Notes: generated from the sequence alone by a model not told the origin. DNA of 64,000 nt from an uncultured Verrucomicrobiae bacterium (GCA_963764165.1 CAVXRD010000003.1:32001-96000); one strand, 5' to 3'. Positions 9,733 to 21,677 are shown, numbered from the stretch's first letter. Numbers and translations are program-made.

Positions 9733-12700
9733 ATGTGGTTGGACTTTGAACGGAATCCGGTCAAGGCCAAAAGTCGATGGGCCAGGGCCATTGGAACCGC
9801 TCTCTCCATTGCGTCAATTATATTATCTGCCACTATTCCCGGTTACGCCCAGAATGGAAGGATTTTAGGCGGCCACGTTCCGGCGACTTTGCTTTCTGCG
9901 CCAACGGACGGCTTGCATCGACCAATCAACTCCATTTGGCAATTGGATTGCCGCTCCGAAACCAGACGGACCTTGCTAAGTTTCTTAAGGACTTGTATGA
10001 TCCGACGAGCAGCCATTTTCATCGTTACCTGTCTCCCGGGCGCTTCGCGGAGAAATACGGGCCTTCCGCGGAGGACTATGAAAAGGTGACCTCGTTCGCC
10101 CGCTCCCGCGGATTCATCATAACCGGGACCCACGCCGGACGCATGGTGGTGGAGGCGACGGCAACCGTGGCCGAAATTGAAAACGCATTTCAAATTCGGA
10201 TGTCTGTCTATCCGCACCCGACGGAGAAACGGACATTCTACGCGCCCGAAAACGAACCGTCGGTCCCGGTGGACGTGCCGATTCTTGACATGACGGGGTT
10301 GGACAATTTGAATGAATCGCGGCCCCTTATCTCAAAAGTGACCAGCATCGAGAAGGGGGCGGATGCGCCAGTGCCGGAGGGGTATGGCTCCGGGCCGCAG
10401 GGCACGTACACCAGCCCTGACTTGCGCGGGGCCTACGCGCCAGATGTTCCGATGGAGGGTTCCGGCCAGCGCGTAGCATTGCTTGAATTTGACGCGTGCT
10501 ATCCCGGAGACGTTTCGCACTACGAGCGGGTGACGGGGTTGCCGCACGTCCCGCTGGCAACAGTTTTGGTGAACGGCGCAACGGGCCAGCCGGGGCCCGA
10601 CAACGGGGAGCCCGCCTTGGACGCAGAATTGGCTATCGCGATGGCGTCCGGGCTTTCGGAAATTATACTCTACGAAGCGCCGCCCTTGGTTTCGAGCTAC
10701 GTCAGTGTTCTCATGCGCATGGCGGACGACGATTCCGCCCAGCAGCTTAGTTCGTCCTGGAACCCCCCGAGCGGGCCGAATCAAACAGTGGATCAGATCT
10801 TTCGGCAGATGGCGGCGCAGGGGCAATCGTTCTTTCAAGCCTCTGGCGACGATGGCGCTTACACAAACGGCGTCAAACAGTCCGCGGGCAATCCGAACGT
10901 TACCATCGTGGGCGGCACGAGTCTGGATTATGACAGTTATTGGGGCTATGGCTCGGAATCGGTCTGGTCGGGCAGTTCGAGCAATGCCAGCGGCGGAGGG
11001 GTCTCCACCATCTACTCGATTCCTTCATGGCAGATGGGCATCGACATGAGCGCCAATGGCGGTTCGACGAAGTGGCGAAACGCTCCCGACGTCGCCATGA
11101 TTGCGGGCGGAGTTTTTGCCTGCATCGACAATGGCAAGGAGGCGACGGTCGAAGGAACGAGCGTCGCTTCTCCATTGTGGGCGGCATTCACCGCGCTTGC
11201 GAACCAGGAAGCGGAATTCTATGGAGTTCCCCCGGTTGGATTCTTGAATCCGGCACTTTACACCATTGGCAAAAGCCCAACTTATTACTCGTATTTTCAT
11301 GACGTCACCGCGGGCGACAACACGACCATCCGCAGCCCCAGCCGCTATTATGCCACTGCGGGCTACGACCTTTGCACGGGCTGGGGCTCTCCAAACGGAC
11401 AAGCTCTTATTGACGCCTTAATCTCCGATTTTTTATCGCCAAGCCTTTCGGTCACAGCAGGGCTGACCTTCAGCGGACCTGTTGGTGGCCCGTTTGGAAC
11501 CAGCCAGGCGCTTACGATGACAAACGAAGGGTGGAACGGATTGGCTTGGCAGATTGGGCGTGTCCCTGATTGGCTGAATGTTTCCACCCTCGGCGGCTAC
11601 CTGGATCCCGGGGCTCAGATCACACTGTCGTTCGGCTTGAGCGGGCTGGCAACGAATCTTGGAGCCGGGGATTATATGGCGACGCTTTACATTACGAGCT
11701 CCATCGATCCGACACCGCAGCCGCTCAATATCGAGGCCCAAATCACGAACGTCGGTTTTGGCGCGCTGGAGGTGAACATTGGGCCATCCAATGCGGTTCA
11801 AGAGGGCGCGCAGTGGAGCGTGGACGGCGGTCCGTGGCAGACCAGCGGGAAAATAATCGCCGGCCTAAACGCAGGATCACACACGGTCACTTTCACCGGA
11901 GTCACCAATTGGGCGCCGCCGCCCGCCACAACCGTGACTGTCGCAGCCAACCAGACGAACATTTTTGCCCTTAATTACACCGAAGAATCGGGATCGCTGA
12001 CCGTTCTCCTGCGTCCCGAGCAGTTTGTGGGTGGCGCTCTGTGGAGTGTGGACGGCGGACCTTGGACAAATAGCGGCGCAACGATTTCAGGCTTAACGCC
12101 GACGAATCACACCGTCAGTTATTCCACTTTAACGGGCTGGGTTGCCCCTTCGAATATGGCCGTGGTGATCACCGGGGCTCAAACAAACACTGTCGTTGCG
12201 GCCTACAATGAGGCATACCAGTTTTCCTTGATTGCGGGACAATCGGGAAAAAGTGGAAGCGCGGATGGCGCGGCCTCAAAGAGCTTATTCTCGTCTCCGC
12301 AGGGGATCGCGGCCGGGAGCAGTGGAAGCCTTTTTGTTGCGGACACGAGCAATCACGTTATCCGTGAGATCACTCTCCAAGGCGGCAATTGGGTTGTCTC
12401 GACCATCGCGGGTTTGGCCGGCAAGTCGGGGTATGTTGATGGGACGAATAGCGCCGCGCGTTTCTCGTCTCCTGTTGGAGTCGCAGCCGACAGCAATGGC
12501 AATGTTTATGTGACTGACTATGGGAATTCCGCGATCAGGGAACTTGCTCCGTCAGGGACGAACTGGATTGTCTCCACCATCTATAATGCCATTCCTTCTC
12601 CTCAAGGCATAGCAGTTGACGGCAGCGGCAATTTCTGGTCGACCGGGGTGGTCGCTTACGTTTTGTTATACAGTTCTACTAATTCCAATGGTGCCTGGGA

Positions 12701-15158
12701 TACGCGCCAAGAGGCTGGTTTTGGGGACGACTTGTTTGGCGTCGCGCCCGGCATAGCCGTTTTGCCGAACGGGCTGCTCTACACAGTATTCAACAATACG
12801 GTGATGCACATGATCCCGAGTCCTTCTGACTGGGGAGGGGGTGCCGGCGTGGCTGGCGCCAGCGCTGCCGGCTTCGCGGATGGCGACGCATCTGTCGCCT
12901 TGTTTTCGTCTCCGCAAGGGATCACAGCCGATGCCGCCGGAAATGTCTATGTGGCTGACACAGGCAATGACATCATTCGCAAAATGGCGCCTGTCGGAAG
13001 CAACTACGGGGCGACCGTTCCTGACTATACGGTTGCCACCATCGGTGGCTTGCCGGGCGTCGCGGGAACCAATGACGGCGCCAACTCACACGCTTTGTTC
13101 AAGCACCCAGCGGGTGTGGCTGTGGATGCGAGCGGGAATTTGTTTATCGCCGATACTGGCAATAACACCATCCGGGTGGGTACTGGCTACTTGCGCCAAT
13201 TGGACGTTCTTGTTTCGCCGGCCGATACCAATTTGCAGTCGATGCAATTTCAAGTGGACGGAGGAGAGGCTTGCACCTACGGAACGACAGTTTTGGTGAC
13301 GCCCGGTGCGCACACCATTTCGTTCCAGCAGTCGCCATATTGGATCTGCCCGTCGAATATAACCATCACCGTCGAGAGCAACCAACCTTTCGCGCTTGCC
13401 ACCAACGTGGTCGTAACAGCCTCCTACACCCAGCTATTCGGCTCGATCGAGGTTACCCTTGGTCCTGCAATAGCGCTTGAAGCAGGCGCGGCTTGGCAGC
13501 TTGATGGGGGCATTTGGGAAAGCAGCGGCGCGAGGCTCTTAGGCATTCCATATGGCCAGCACACATTGAGTTTTTCGACTGTTGATTGGTGGCAGAGTCC
13601 TTCCGATTATACGTTCAGCATGGCAGCCGCCAGTAATTCCTTTCAGTTCGTCTTTGAGACCAACGATGCCACAGCTCCCAAAGGCTCTATCCTTTCCCCA
13701 AAGCCGAATCAGACGTGGACGAACCAAACGATCACCATCAGCGGAGTGGCGAGCGACAATGAGATCGTCGCCGCTGTTTACTACCAAATCAACGGCTCTG
13801 GGTGGAATCTGGCAATTGGCACGAACGCATGGAGTTCCGCGCCCATTTTCCTTCCGCCGGGCGAATACAAGGCCGAGGCTTATGCCGTGGATCCAAGCGG
13901 CAACGTCTCGCGGACCGTCACCAATAAATTTGTCAATTCGCCGCGCGCCCCCCTGAGCCTGGCGGTGAACGGAAGCGGAAAGATTGTCCCCAACTTGAAC
14001 GGCCAAACTCTGATCGTGGGCAAGAGTTACACCATTTCCGCCGTCCCCGGCGCGAACTGCGTCCTTGAAGATTGGAATGGAACTTTCTCCAGCAGCAATG
14101 CAACGCTGACCTTCACCATGGAGACGAACACGATTCTGGAGGCCGATTTCGCTCCAAGCCCCTACGGACCGTTCGCAGGCGTGTACGAGGGGTTGTTTTT
14201 AAACAGCCACAACGCAGGGTTGCCAAGTTCCGGCTTCTTTAGCGCCACGTTGATGAGCAACGGAAATTTCACCGCCAAAATTCAGATCGCTGGGAGCACG
14301 TTTCCAATTTCCGGCCGATTTCCCGCAAGCGGGATTGTTTCCAACGTCATCAGCCACCCGCTCGGCCCGATCACGGTGCAATTCTCCTTGCAGGAGGCGG
14401 ACGGTTCCATCAGAGGCCAGATCTCCACACCGGTTTGGAGCGCTGCCCTGATTGCCCCGCGCACTGGGTTTCCGACCGGCGACACGGCGCCGCAGGCAGG
14501 AGTTTACACATTGCGCCTTCCCGGCAACCCGACTTCCACCGGTTCGCCAGGCGGTGATGGATTTGGCACGGTGACAGTAAATCCCGAGGGCAAAGTTGTT
14601 TTTAGCGGGGAGCTGGGCGATGGCACGGTCATATCCCAAAGCGCGCTTCTCGGCACAAACGGTCTTTGGCCGTTTTATGCCAGCCTTTACTCCGGCCAGG
14701 GGGCGATCTTCGGATGGATGGGCTTCAGCAACATGCCAGAGAGTGACATTTCTGGTTCGTTCGCCTGGGTCAAGTGGCCGGCTGCCGGAGGCGCGCTGTA
14801 TCCTTATGGATTCTCGCTCACAAATTTGGCTGAAGGTTCTGCCTTCGCTTTCACCAATGGGACGCCGCTCCTGAATTTTTCCCAAGGGCAAGTCATGCTG
14901 GAGGGTGGTGGCATCAAATCCGCCTTCACCAATTTGATCATCCTCGGAGTCAACAATACGATTAGAAACCTAAGCCCCAACAGCCTGTCGTTGACCATTT
15001 CGAGCAAGTCAGGCGTCTTTCACGGCACCGCAAAGGATCCGGCCAGCCACAGGAGCATCCCTTTCGCTGGCGCGCTCTTGCAAAAGCAGAATGCAGGTTA
15101 TGGACTTTTTCTCGGCACAAGCGAGTCTGGTCGCGTTTCAATGGGCCCATTGCCTTAA
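9733..15158 (+). CDS. S53 (sedolisin/kumamolisin) protease with pro-domain, BACON/Ig-like domains, NHL repeats and a shared C-terminal domain; apparent frameshift near 9890-9900
   Basis: Catalytic EPALD, SGDDGA and GTSVASP; Ca site YDLCTGWGSP; NHL repeats (FSSPQGIA..FVADTxNxxIR). The signal peptide and GHVPA lie in a different frame (9733 ORF) from the body (9777 ORF). Confidence 0.85.
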
Positions 15159-15223
15159 TGGGATCGGGGAGTCACGACTGGTTTAGATCTCGAGCACAGA
15201 TTTCGCAGCGCACGCGCCGTGCA

Positions 15224-18200
15224 TCACGGGTTGGCCTTCGGGGCTTTTCTCAGCGACGAAAGGTAGCCCACCAAATCAACCAAGTCTTCGGTGGACATGG
15301 TTTGCTGGAGGTCGGCGGGCATGAGCGAGGTTCTCAGTTTTACGCGGGTGGCGATGTCTCGCTTTTTGATTCGCGTGGAAATGGCTTTGATGTCTTTGAC
15401 CGTTAGTTCGTCTTCGGTTTCGCTCACGATGAGGCCGACGATTTCGTCGCCGGATTTTTGGGTGATGTCCCAGGCGTCGTAGCCGAAGGCGATGCTGGCG
15501 CTCGGATCCAGGATGGCTTCGTAGATGGCTTCGCGACCGAGTTTGTCGCCGATTTCTGAGAGGCCGGGGCCGACGTCGGCGCCCATATTATTGACACGGT
15601 GGCAGGTGATGCACAGCGATGACGGGCGGGCAAAGATTTCCGCGCCGTGCGCGATGTTGGCGCGGCGTTTTAGCAATTCGGCGAGGGACGGCAAGGGTTT
15701 GGTGTCGTGCGCGCGGGGCAGGGGAAGCAGGCGGGCTGCCTCTGTTTTCACATCCTGCCACGACGCCTGATTGAGGACTTCGGCGGCGATGAATTTTAGA
15801 TCGCCCGGCAATTTGCCGTCGCGCGCTAGCTGCAGCAAATCTCCTGCGCCGGTTTGAGTTTGGGCGAGGGCCCGAACGGCTTGCTTGCGAATGGCGGGAC
15901 TGCGGTTCGTCTCGGTGACCATCAGCAACAAAGCGAGCGCAGCATTCCTGTCGTGCGTGTTGCCAGCCGCTTCGATCACGCCAAGCGCCATGGCGTTTGG
16001 CGTGTTGCATGCGTCACGCATCGCGCCCAAACCGCCGTCCGCCAGAACAAGGCGCATGGCTTCGACTCCCAAATCCTCACCTGGGTGCTTTCCAGCCATA
16101 TCCAGCAAGGGCGCGTTCTGTCCCTTCAAATCAAATTCGCGGACGAGATAGACGAAATCCTCCGTGCCCCGGACGGAATCCAGCGCGGCCACGACGCTGG
16201 CCTTGATTTCGGGGTAGCGTTCGAAGTCAGCGCGCTTTAAGCGGTGAACCGCCTCCAGCATGACTTCTGTCGAACGCGGGTTTTTCAGCAGCGCGAGCAG
16301 GGTCGATTTTTTCTCCGGGCCGTCAAAAAAGTCGAACGCGCGAAAATAGCGGGCGATTTCGTGTTCGGACGCATCGCTGCTTTCGATGATTTCCGCCAGC
16401 AGCACGGCGGAGGAGGGGGCTCGCGAGCGCCACACAATATCCCGTCCCGCCGGCGTGTTCCAATTTTGCCCGACAGCGGCGAGCCAGGCCGTGAAATATT
16501 TTTCTTCTTGTTGGTCAGCTCCGATGCCCAGCGCCTCCAAATACCAGCGATCCTCGCCGTCATATCTTGAGGCAATCGCCGTCCACAATGCGGGCGCTTC
16601 CGGCGAGGAATTGTGGCGGAGGGCAATCGCGCATTCGCGGCGAACTTGCGCTGACGGGTCGCTCACCAATTTCCGCACCAGCGGGATAATATCCATTCCC
16701 CCTTCACGGGCGGCCCTCAGTCCCGCGATGCGAATGTCCGAATCGGCGTCGCGGAGTGCTTCTTCCACGGACGATTCCTTTTTGTCCGGCAACCGCGCCA
16801 AAAGATAAAACGCCCGCGATCTCATCCGCGGATCTTTGCTGTCCCTCCAAATTTTGCGCAGCGCCGGTTCGGCCTCCGCCCCCATCACGGCCAGCGAAGT
16901 CCACGCCAGATAACGCGTGTCCAGGTTGGGCGATTGCAGGGCTTGCGCGCAGCCGTCCGCCGTTTTCAGATCGAGCTTTGGGATGACCGATTTGAAGCCT
17001 GGCGGCGCGACGCGGTAAATCCGGCCCGTCATCGTCGCCAGCACACGGTCCATCATATTGTGGCCGCCGACTACGGCGTCGTTCCAATCGGCCACGTAAA
17101 GCGCGCCGTCCGGCCCGATGCAAACATCCGAAGGCCGAAACCACGAATTGGTGGTGGAGAGGATATCCACCGTCTTCGCCGTGTAACCCGCGCCTTGCGG
17201 GCGGACGGGATAGCTGCGCACGACGCGCTCGCCGGCGTCGGCGTGAATCATCTGGTTGTGGAATATTTCCGGCAGCGCGCTGCCTTCGTAAATCGCGATG
17301 CCGGTCGGCGCGCCCGCGCCGGTGAGCAGAAGATTCGGGATCGAGCCCGGATCGTTTTGATGCCAGTGCCGGCGCGGAATATCCCGCTCGATGTTGCTTC
17401 GTTTGTCCGGCCAGCCCGCGCCAGTTATTTCGTCGCTGTAACCGAAGTTGCCGTGCTCCATGACGTAATTGATGCGCACCGAGCGATTGCCGTCGTCGTC
17501 ATTGTCGGATTGCCACAATGTTCCGAAGGAATCCACCGCCGCTTCGTAATTATTGCGGAAATTGTGCGCCAGAACCTCGAAGCGTGAGCCATCGGGATCG
17601 CAGCGGAAAACCATGCCCATGCGATACGGTTTGCCGGAATTGTTGACAACGTTGCCATCGATATCGATGATCGGATTGCCGTTCTTGTCCTTGATTTGGT
17701 GGCCTTCGTTGCCGAAGCAGAAATATAATTTTCCGTCCGGCCCAAAGGTAAAAGCGTGGACGCCATGATCATGATCCACCCCGCCGATGCCGGTGAACAA
17801 AAGCTCCTTCGTGTCAGCCACGCCGTCGTCGTTGGTATCGGTGAAAATGAAAACATTGGGCGAGGAAGATACAATGGCTTTATTGCCAAGCACACAAATG
17901 CCGAGCGCGGCGTTGATTTCTGGCCCTTGATAGAACGTCGTGGCTTTGCTGGCGTGACCATCGCCGTTTGTATCTTCGAGGATGACGATGCGGTCCCCGG
18001 CGGGTTCAAGGATGCCCCACGATTGGAAAGACGACCGGTAATTGACGCCTTCCGTGACCCACACACGCCCGCGCTCGTCGATGTCCATGTCCGTCGGATT
18101 GCGCAGAAGCGGCTCGGAGGCAAAAAGCGTGACCTCAAGCCCGCTGGCCACTGTAAATTCCTTGAGCGACCTGGCTGCCGCCTCCGGCCCGAATTCATGA

Positions 18201-18340
18201 TCCGCGGCGCGCAAACTCGAAGCGCAGCAGCCGAGAACCAAGCCAGTGACGATCAATCTCGGCAGTGCCGACCAACGACCGCGATTATTAGAATGAGAAG
18301 AATGAGTCAGGATGGGCTGGATGTTATGCCTGTCGCGCAT
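15224..18340 (-). CDS. PVC-type heme-binding CxxCH protein (membrane-bound dehydrogenase-like propeller, HEAT repeats, cytochrome c)
   Basis: GLEVTLFASEP, DERGRVWV, FRPSDV, HEAT-like repeats, CITCH, GPGLSEIG, SLMP. Confidence 0.9.
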   Translation of the reverse strand: MRDRHNIQPILTHSSHSNNRGRWSALPRLIVTGLVLGCCASSLRAADHEFGPEAAARSLKEFTVASGLEVTLFASEPLLRNPTDMDIDERGRVWVTEGVNYRSSFQSWGILEPAGDRIVILEDTNGDGHASKATTFYQGPEINAALGICVLGNKAIVSSSPNVFIFTDTNDDGVADTKELLFTGIGGVDHDHGVHAFTFGPDGKLYFCFGNEGHQIKDKNGNPIIDIDGNVVNNSGKPYRMGMVFRCDPDGSRFEVLAHNFRNNYEAAVDSFGTLWQSDNDDDGNRSVRINYVMEHGNFGYSDEITGAGWPDKRSNIERDIPRRHWHQNDPGSIPNLLLTGAGAPTGIAIYEGSALPEIFHNQMIHADAGERVVRSYPVRPQGAGYTAKTVDILSTTNSWFRPSDVCIGPDGALYVADWNDAVVGGHNMMDRVLATMTGRIYRVAPPGFKSVIPKLDLKTADGCAQALQSPNLDTRYLAWTSLAVMGAEAEPALRKIWRDSKDPRMRSRAFYLLARLPDKKESSVEEALRDADSDIRIAGLRAAREGGMDIIPLVRKLVSDPSAQVRRECAIALRHNSSPEAPALWTAIASRYDGEDRWYLEALGIGADQQEEKYFTAWLAAVGQNWNTPAGRDIVWRSRAPSSAVLLAEIIESSDASEHEIARYFRAFDFFDGPEKKSTLLALLKNPRSTEVMLEAVHRLKRADFERYPEIKASVVAALDSVRGTEDFVYLVREFDLKGQNAPLLDMAGKHPGEDLGVEAMRLVLADGGLGAMRDACNTPNAMALGVIEAAGNTHDRNAALALLLMVTETNRSPAIRKQAVRALAQTQTGAGDLLQLARDGKLPGDLKFIAAEVLNQASWQDVKTEAARLLPLPRAHDTKPLPSLAELLKRRANIAHGAEIFARPSSLCITCHRVNNMGADVGPGLSEIGDKLGREAIYEAILDPSASIAFGYDAWDITQKSGDEIVGLIVSETEDELTVKDIKAISTRIKKRDIATRVKLRTSLMPADLQQTMSTEDLVDLVGYLSSLRKAPKANP

Positions 18341-18373
18341 TCAAGGCAAGCCATGCGAACACATGAAGGGATT

Positions 18374-18536
18374 TTTTAATCAGGAACGACCGAACTCAGG
18401 AACGGAGGCGGTTTCATTCGTTGCGGCTGCTGTCCTGTTCACAGCGCCAGGGCAATTCGATGCTTGCGCACGAAGCCAACAGGAGAGCTGCCTGCTTTGA
18501 GGCCTCCTTTTCTGAGTTCGGCCGTTCCTGATTCAA
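18374..18536. repeat. Inverted-repeat element (MITE/REPIN-like), family A copy 1
   Basis: Left arm TTTTAATCAGGAACGACCGAACTCAGGAACGGAGGC (18374-18409); imperfect inverted arm 18502-18536. The left arm is identical to 60791-60826. Confidence 0.85.
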
Positions 18537-20908
18537 TCATTTTTTCCGGGCTGGACCCGTCGCAGAAGCACACCATCCCCCACGATCCAGGCCGTCTCAT
18601 AAATCCGTATGCGCCTGAACTGCTGTGTGATGGGATTCCCTTTCTGGTCGAAGCAGGTGCATTTTTCCCATGTCATACCTTGATCGGAGCTTTTGAGGAT
18701 AAGCCCTTTGGAGCCTGCCGCCCACCAAATCCTTGAGGCGGCGTCGCAGGCCACGGACTTAATGTCGTCTTCGCGCCCAAATGAGATCTGCTTCCAGGCA
18801 ACCTGCTTTTTCTCGATGGAACCGCGCAGCATCATGCCTTGATCCCCGACGGCAATCAGGACTGCGTAACGGATATCGAACGCAATGTCGTTGAGAATTT
18901 GGCCGGGGAAAAAATGAACGCCTGGAAGGTCAGCCGTCTCCCAATTCGTGGATCCCGCCGCCAGATGGTAAATCGCGCCATGGCTGAGGCCGCCTTTCCG
19001 GCCATATTCGTCCCCCGCCGAACCTCCGACAGCCCACATTTCGCCGCTGGCATTGGCAATGCCATTGATCAAATAATTCAGGGTCAATTTTTGGGTCTGC
19101 CAGCGCGTCCCGTTCCAATGGGAAATTCCTTGCCATCCCACCGCATAGATTTCTGAATAATTCTCCAGGCCAATAAATGAGGAAAAACGGGAAAAACCAT
19201 CGGGGCCATCCGGCCGCGGCGTCGCCCGTTCCCATCGGGCGTTGAGGTCGCCGGCATTTGTTGTCGAATAGATTCCTGTGACGCCGGAGATCCACCCATT
19301 TGTCTGATACGACTTGCCATCGGCCAGCAGCACTTTGGAAAGCTGGATGCATGTAAGGGGGCCGGCCTCGGTCCAAACCTCGTCGTTAAAGTGCTGGTTT
19401 GTGCCAGTGCCGGAGGCAATGTTTTCTATCTTGATAGGATCCCAAGCGCTTTCTCCATTAGCGTAATGCAGCATGATTCCGTGGCCAACGTGCGGCGACT
19501 TTCCGCCTCCATTTTCGTCGATGTCTCCAACCAGCCAGGCGTTGCTGCCGGCCCAGGCAATGTCCTGCCAATGGTCGCGCGCAGGCGCGCTGCTGCCTTT
19601 GATGAAAATGGGAACCTCTTCCCATTCGGAGTTTCTCTTGTGTGTAGTTGACATGAAGATCGCAACGCCCACGGCCATGGCGCACGCAATCAGCGCCACG
19701 GCTTTATGGCGGCCAAGCCAGGCCCCGCCGCGCTGAAGCTTGCTGGGCACCCTGGCGTGGAGAAGGGGCTTGCCCGCGAGATATAGCTCCAAATCCCGGG
19801 CCAGGCTCCTTGCGTCCTGATACCGCTGCGAAGGCTCTTTTTCCAGGCACGTCATGATGATCCAATCCAGCTTGCCCCGCAGGGTTTTCTCCAGCGCGGC
19901 GGAGTCTGTTCCGCAGTTTTCCGCCAGCCTTTCCGCTTTATCTTGCGCGAGCGCGGCCACAGATATGGAGGGCCTCGCCGGCCGCCCTTCGCGGATCAAC
20001 CTCAGCATTTGGTCAAAAGCCATCTGTTGCGAGATCGTCGTCTGCCCTGTCAGCAATTCGTAAAGAAGCGCTCCCAGCGAATAGATGTCGGTTCGGGCAT
20101 CGATTGGCTGGTTTTTTCCGCCGGCTTGCTCCGGGCTCATGTAGGCCGGAGTTCCCATGAATTGGCCGGAAAGGGTGAGGGTCGGGGTCTCCTCAATGAA
20201 TTTGCCGCTTGCCTTGGCGATTCCGAAATCGATCACCTTTGGAACCGCCTCGCCGTCTTTCATGGAGACCAATATATTTGAAGGCTTGATGTCGCGGTGG
20301 ATGATTCCTTGTTCGTGCGCGTGTTGGATTGCATCGCAAACTTTGATGAGCAGGGCAACGCGCCGCGGGATGGGGAGGCGGTTTTGGCTGCAAAAGTCGG
20401 TAATCCTGACACCGGCCACCAATTCCATGACGAAATAGGGGCGGCCTGTTTCGGTGGAATCAGCATCGAAAACTTTGGCGATATGGGGGTGGTCCATTAA
20501 TGCCAATGCCTGCCGTTCAGTGTCGAATCGGGCCAAGGCTGTCGCGGTGTCCATGCCCGCCTTGATGATTTTGAGAGCGACTTCCCGGCGGAGCGGTCTT
20601 TGCTGAATGGCTTTCCAGACCGAGCCATAGCCGCCGGTTCCGATTTGCTCGACAAGAGTGTAACGCCCGATTCTCAGGCCCGGATGTTCGAGGCCCGCTC
20701 GCGGCGCCTTGTCGGGAAGGAAACGCTGATGTTTGTTTGACTGCTCGTGGGCGTCGAGCAAGTCTTCAATCTTCCGGCGGATTTCCGAATTCCGTCCGCA
20801 TTTCGAGTCAAGGAAGGCGTTTCTTTGGTCGAGGCCGTCCAGTTCAACGGCGGCCTGGAAAATCCCGCGAAGGGCTTCGAAGCTGGATCGGGCGTCTTCC
20901 TGTTCCAT
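18533..20908 (-). CDS. Hanks-type Ser/Thr kinase with TM helix and extracytoplasmic BNR/YCF48-like propeller
   Basis: IGTGGYGSV, VALK, HRDIKPSN, DFGIAK, GTPAYMSPEQ; TM; C-terminal AVGDQG, SSDQGMTW, IVGDG. Confidence 0.92.
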   Translation of the reverse strand: MEQEDARSSFEALRGIFQAAVELDGLDQRNAFLDSKCGRNSEIRRKIEDLLDAHEQSNKHQRFLPDKAPRAGLEHPGLRIGRYTLVEQIGTGGYGSVWKAIQQRPLRREVALKIIKAGMDTATALARFDTERQALALMDHPHIAKVFDADSTETGRPYFVMELVAGVRITDFCSQNRLPIPRRVALLIKVCDAIQHAHEQGIIHRDIKPSNILVSMKDGEAVPKVIDFGIAKASGKFIEETPTLTLSGQFMGTPAYMSPEQAGGKNQPIDARTDIYSLGALLYELLTGQTTISQQMAFDQMLRLIREGRPARPSISVAALAQDKAERLAENCGTDSAALEKTLRGKLDWIIMTCLEKEPSQRYQDARSLARDLELYLAGKPLLHARVPSKLQRGGAWLGRHKAVALIACAMAVGVAIFMSTTHKRNSEWEEVPIFIKGSSAPARDHWQDIAWAGSNAWLVGDIDENGGGKSPHVGHGIMLHYANGESAWDPIKIENIASGTGTNQHFNDEVWTEAGPLTCIQLSKVLLADGKSYQTNGWISGVTGIYSTTNAGDLNARWERATPRPDGPDGFSRFSSFIGLENYSEIYAVGWQGISHWNGTRWQTQKLTLNYLINGIANASGEMWAVGGSAGDEYGRKGGLSHGAIYHLAAGSTNWETADLPGVHFFPGQILNDIAFDIRYAVLIAVGDQGMMLRGSIEKKQVAWKQISFGREDDIKSVACDAASRIWWAAGSKGLILKSSDQGMTWEKCTCFDQKGNPITQQFRRIRIYETAWIVGDGVLLRRVQPGKND

Positions 20909-20929
20909 GGGAATACGCGGCAGTCGAAT

Positions 20930-21517
20930 CTAAACCGGGGCCGGATTCGAGGATAATTGCCGCAATTCGTTGCTGAGCCAGGCTTTTGTGAATACCCAAT
21001 CACGCTTGGCGGTGGACTCGGAAATTCCAAGGGCTGCGGCAGCATCCGCGAAATTCATATCGAGAAAAAAGCGCAATTCGACCAACTGCGCCTGTTTGCT
21101 GTCCAACCCTTCAAGCTTGGTCAGCGCGTCGTTGACGGCCAGAAGCGTGTCGTCGTCGGCTTCGGAGGCGAGATCAATGTCATCAAGGTTGACGTGGCAC
21201 CTGCCTTCGCCGCGGCGCTGGGCGTTCCGCTTTCGGGCATGGTCGATCAACGATTGCCGCATGACTTTTGCCGCAGCCCGGACAAAATGCTGCTTGTTGG
21301 CCCAGGGAACGGAGCGCGGAATCTGGCCCGAAGCAGTCAAGCGCAGCCACGCATCGTGGACAAGAATGGTGGGTTGCAGGGTGTGATCAGGCCGCTCCTT
21401 TTCCATCAGCCGCGCCGCGACCTGCCGCAGTTCGGGATAAAGGCGCCGAAGCAATTCTTCGGCGATCTGGGGATCGCCACGTTGCATCTCGCGCAGGAGG
21501 TGGGTGTCGTCGGTCAC
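20930..21517 (-). CDS. ECF sigma factor, TIGR02999/ECF43-like (kinase-associated)
   Basis: YPELRQVA, HTLQPTILVHDAW, LIDHARKRNAQRRG, VELRFF, STAKRDW; 21 nt upstream of the kinase gene. Confidence 0.9.
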   Translation of the reverse strand: MTDDTHLLREMQRGDPQIAEELLRRLYPELRQVAARLMEKERPDHTLQPTILVHDAWLRLTASGQIPRSVPWANKQHFVRAAAKVMRQSLIDHARKRNAQRRGEGRCHVNLDDIDLASEADDDTLLAVNDALTKLEGLDSKQAQLVELRFFLDMNFADAAAALGISESTAKRDWVFTKAWLSNELRQLSSNPAPV

Positions 21518-21558
21518 GGCAGGGAATTTAAGGATTCCGGCAAGGGCGAAGTCAATGA

Positions 21559-21588
21559 GAAAGCGAATTGGTTGAAAGCGAATTGGTT
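21559..21588. repeat. Perfect 15-bp tandem duplication in a divergent promoter region
   Basis: GAAAGCGAATTGGTT twice, overlapping into a TTGACA at 21588. Confidence 0.8.
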
Positions 21589-21677
21589 TGACAAATAACG
21601 GCAGGCATAGCTAAATGATATGATTCATCATGTCAGCACGCAAATCAATCTGAAAACCATGTTGACCTCCAAAGAAC

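Noticed and set aside
18374..18536. 36-bp repeat as a CRISPR repeat
   Set aside because: Copies are inverted pairs 42 kb apart, not a direct-repeat/spacer array, and no cas genes are present.
21588..21617. Sigma-70 promoter at TTGACA
   Set aside because: The -35 is perfect but there is no convincing TAnnnT at 16-18-bp spacing.
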